From Acidobacteriota bacterium (lineage in GTDB: Bacteria > Acidobacteriota > UBA890 > WLXD01), in contig CAXWPL010000004.1 in assembly GCA_963666215.2 (NCBI GenBank), positions 1,000,106-1,064,105 on the forward strand: DNA of 64,000 nucleotides, given 5' to 3'. This document shows positions 62,365 through 64,000 of this stretch, in pieces. Position 1 is the first letter of the stretch. Every line of letters begins with the position of its first letter. The notes beneath the pieces were generated by a model, which worked only from the letters and a program-made list of their open reading frames with translations, ran no database searches and had not been told where the DNA came from. The position numbers were made by a program, and so were the translations under genes.

Positions 62365-62438
62365 CGCCGGCGACCGAGATCACGATCGTCCTCAACTGGT
62401 TCGAGGAGTTGAAGCGGCTGGTGCCGACGGGTCGGTAA
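62361..62438 (+). pseudogene. C-terminal tail of a Ser/Thr kinase-beta-propeller type protein
   Basis: Reads VTPATEITIVLNWFEELKRLVPTGR*; I recognise VLNWFEELKRLVP as the typical C-terminus of acidobacterial kinase/PD40 proteins. Confidence 0.75.
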
Positions 62439-62630
62439 CTCACTCGCGCCGGCCGCGTCGCGAGCGTGTGGCACGACACCCGCTCCGCGTAGATCGAAAC
62501 GACGTCTCACCGATCTCAAACCAGCTAGGCGATCGGATACGAGTGATGGTCGATCGACGAGCGCAGCTAGGCACTCGCTCATCACGCAGATCGACCGCCG
62601 AAGCCTCCACGACGGTCGGCTCGGCATCTC

Positions 62631-63232
62631 CTAGGCGACGAAGGGAACGTGAAGCAGCTCGGCGGCCTTCCGTTTCACAACTTCGCCACGCCTGTCGTAC
62701 CTGGCAGTCGTTGTGACCTGGGCATGGCCCGCCAACGCCTGCACGGTCGCGATATCAGCCCCGGCATCGAGCAGGTCGGAGATGAACGTGCGGCGAAGAT
62801 CATGCGGCGAGAAGGCGGCGACCCCGGCCTGTTTGGCTCGCCTCCGCAGGATATAGAGAACGGCCTGGTCGCTCATGCGACGGAGCTCCATACGGCCCCC
62901 CTTGTTGATCGGGACGAAGAGTGCCCCAGGCTCGCGCCCGCGCGCCTCTATCCACGCCTGTAGGGCATCGAGAGCGCCGTTCGTTGCGTATCCCACACGG
63001 TCCTTGCGCCCCTTGCCACCGCGCACGGTGAGCGCCCCTGTGGACTCGTCGTAGTGCTCGAGAGTCAGGGCTACCAGCTCCGACCGCCGGAGGCCCCCTC
63101 CGTAGAGCACCGCCAGGATCGCGGCGTCTCTTGAGCCCGAGGGAGAGTCGTCGGCAGCGCAGGTGGCAAAGAGCGCACGGAGCTCGCCGCCTGCAAGAGC
63201 ACGACCGCGGGGGAGTCGCTCGGCGCGGATCT
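62631..63232 (-). pseudogene. Tyrosine recombinase catalytic domain, N-terminal domain missing
   Basis: RDAAIL...GLRRSE, GKGRK, HDLRRTF, LAGH, TTARY; in-frame stop near 63265 and no start before ERLPRGRAL. Confidence 0.8.
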
Positions 63233-63444
63233 GGCTGGGCTGCGGGCCTAACCGTAGAAGGTCCTAACCACCCGAGACGCCCAGGCGGTTGCTGCCTCGC
63301 TCCAGGTCCCCAAAGCACGAGTTCGAAGCACCCGGTAGTTTGCGGAGCGTAGTCGGTGCCGGCTCAGGTCGACGAGATTCTGGACGGCGCCTTGCACGGA
63401 CAGAAAAGCCGACGAGCGCCTCAAACCTACCAAGTATCTCTACT

Positions 63445-64000
63445 CTAGCGCGTGCCCCAGCCTCTTTTCCCGAGTGTGACCATAGCCCAAGGTAGCATGA
63501 GCAACGACGCCACGATCCACATGGGCAGCATCGGCATCAACGAAAGGAAACCCACCTTCTTGGCAGGTGGCAGCTGGAACGCCCAGTAGAAAGTCTGGTG
63601 TAGCATCACGATAAGGCACAGCCCGATCAAATAGCCGACCGGATTCACCTGCCCAATGACCGGTCCGAGCACGAGGAAGTACCCCACTATGACGGGAGCC
63701 ATCAAGGTCACCAGAACAAGGCCATAGAACGCCATTGCGGCGCCCAGCGGTCTCCTCCACATGTGCCTGGCACCGATGATCGATTCGATGATGAAAGATC
63801 GACGCCATCGTATCTGTTGCTTCATGTACTTGGAGAGCGTCTCGGGCACGATCGTCCTCGCCCTGGCAACAGGTACATAAATCGTATCGAGGCTGTCTTG
63901 CAGGATCAGATTCGTCAAGCCTCGATCGTCTCCGAAGGTCCGCTTCACGCCCAAGAAGGTCTGGCCCAACCACCGCTTCATGACTCTCCTGAGAACACTC
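63445..64000 (-). CDS. Processive GT2, hyaluronan synthase/NodC-like (3' part; runs off window end)
   Basis: FGDDRGLTN and QQIRWRRS (QxxRW), C-terminal TM helices, GWGTR end. Confidence 0.85.
   Translation of the reverse strand, partial: SVLRRVMKRWLGQTFLGVKRTFGDDRGLTNLILQDSLDTIYVPVARARTIVPETLSKYMKQQIRWRRSFIIESIIGARHMWRRPLGAAMAFYGLVLVTLMAPVIVGYFLVLGPVIGQVNPVGYLIGLCLIVMLHQTFYWAFQLPPAKKVGFLSLMPMLPMWIVASLLMLPWAMVTLGKRGWGTR

Noticed and set aside
62631-63440. Integron integrase with att sites (GCCTAAC/TCCTAAC near 63246-63268)
   Set aside because: No IntI-specific insertion evident, no paired attC arms or cassette array found

Overview
GC-rich bacterial window, probably Acidobacteriota: it carries PadR plus duplicated-permease (ADOP-type) pairs, acidobacterial-style Ser/Thr kinase remnants and a diheme cytochrome. 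No rRNA, tRNA or CRISPR array was seen. The left two thirds mix housekeeping and accessory genes: fbp, two PadR-ADOP pairs, a probable AhpD-like selenoprotein (CxxU plus SECIS-like hairpin) that the ORF track splits in two, peptidases, tandem ZIP transporters, a subclass B3 metallo-beta-lactamase behind an ABC/M1-peptidase operon, and two alkylation-repair genes. The most notable unit is an apparently intact 11-gene, ~15.5 kb minus-strand operon (38289-53837): Fe-ADH, PQQ-type beta-propeller, HemN-like radical SAM, TonB receptor, flavin-dependent halogenase-like enzyme, DUF3311/sodium:solute symporter, GT4, hotdog thioesterase and a LolD/FtsX-type ABC exporter. It has no recognisable core synthase and I cannot assign it to a known pathway. 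The right end is a mobile-element and decay zone: two IS256 isoforms, an IS481 containing both an IS256 and a 262-bp MITE, a broken sulfatase-like gene sitting between the extreme N- and C-termini of a Ser/Thr kinase gene, a truncated tyrosine recombinase and a hyaluronan-synthase-like GT2. Many genes show deletion scars, nonsense codons or frameshifts. All product calls rest on motif recognition by eye; no database search was run.
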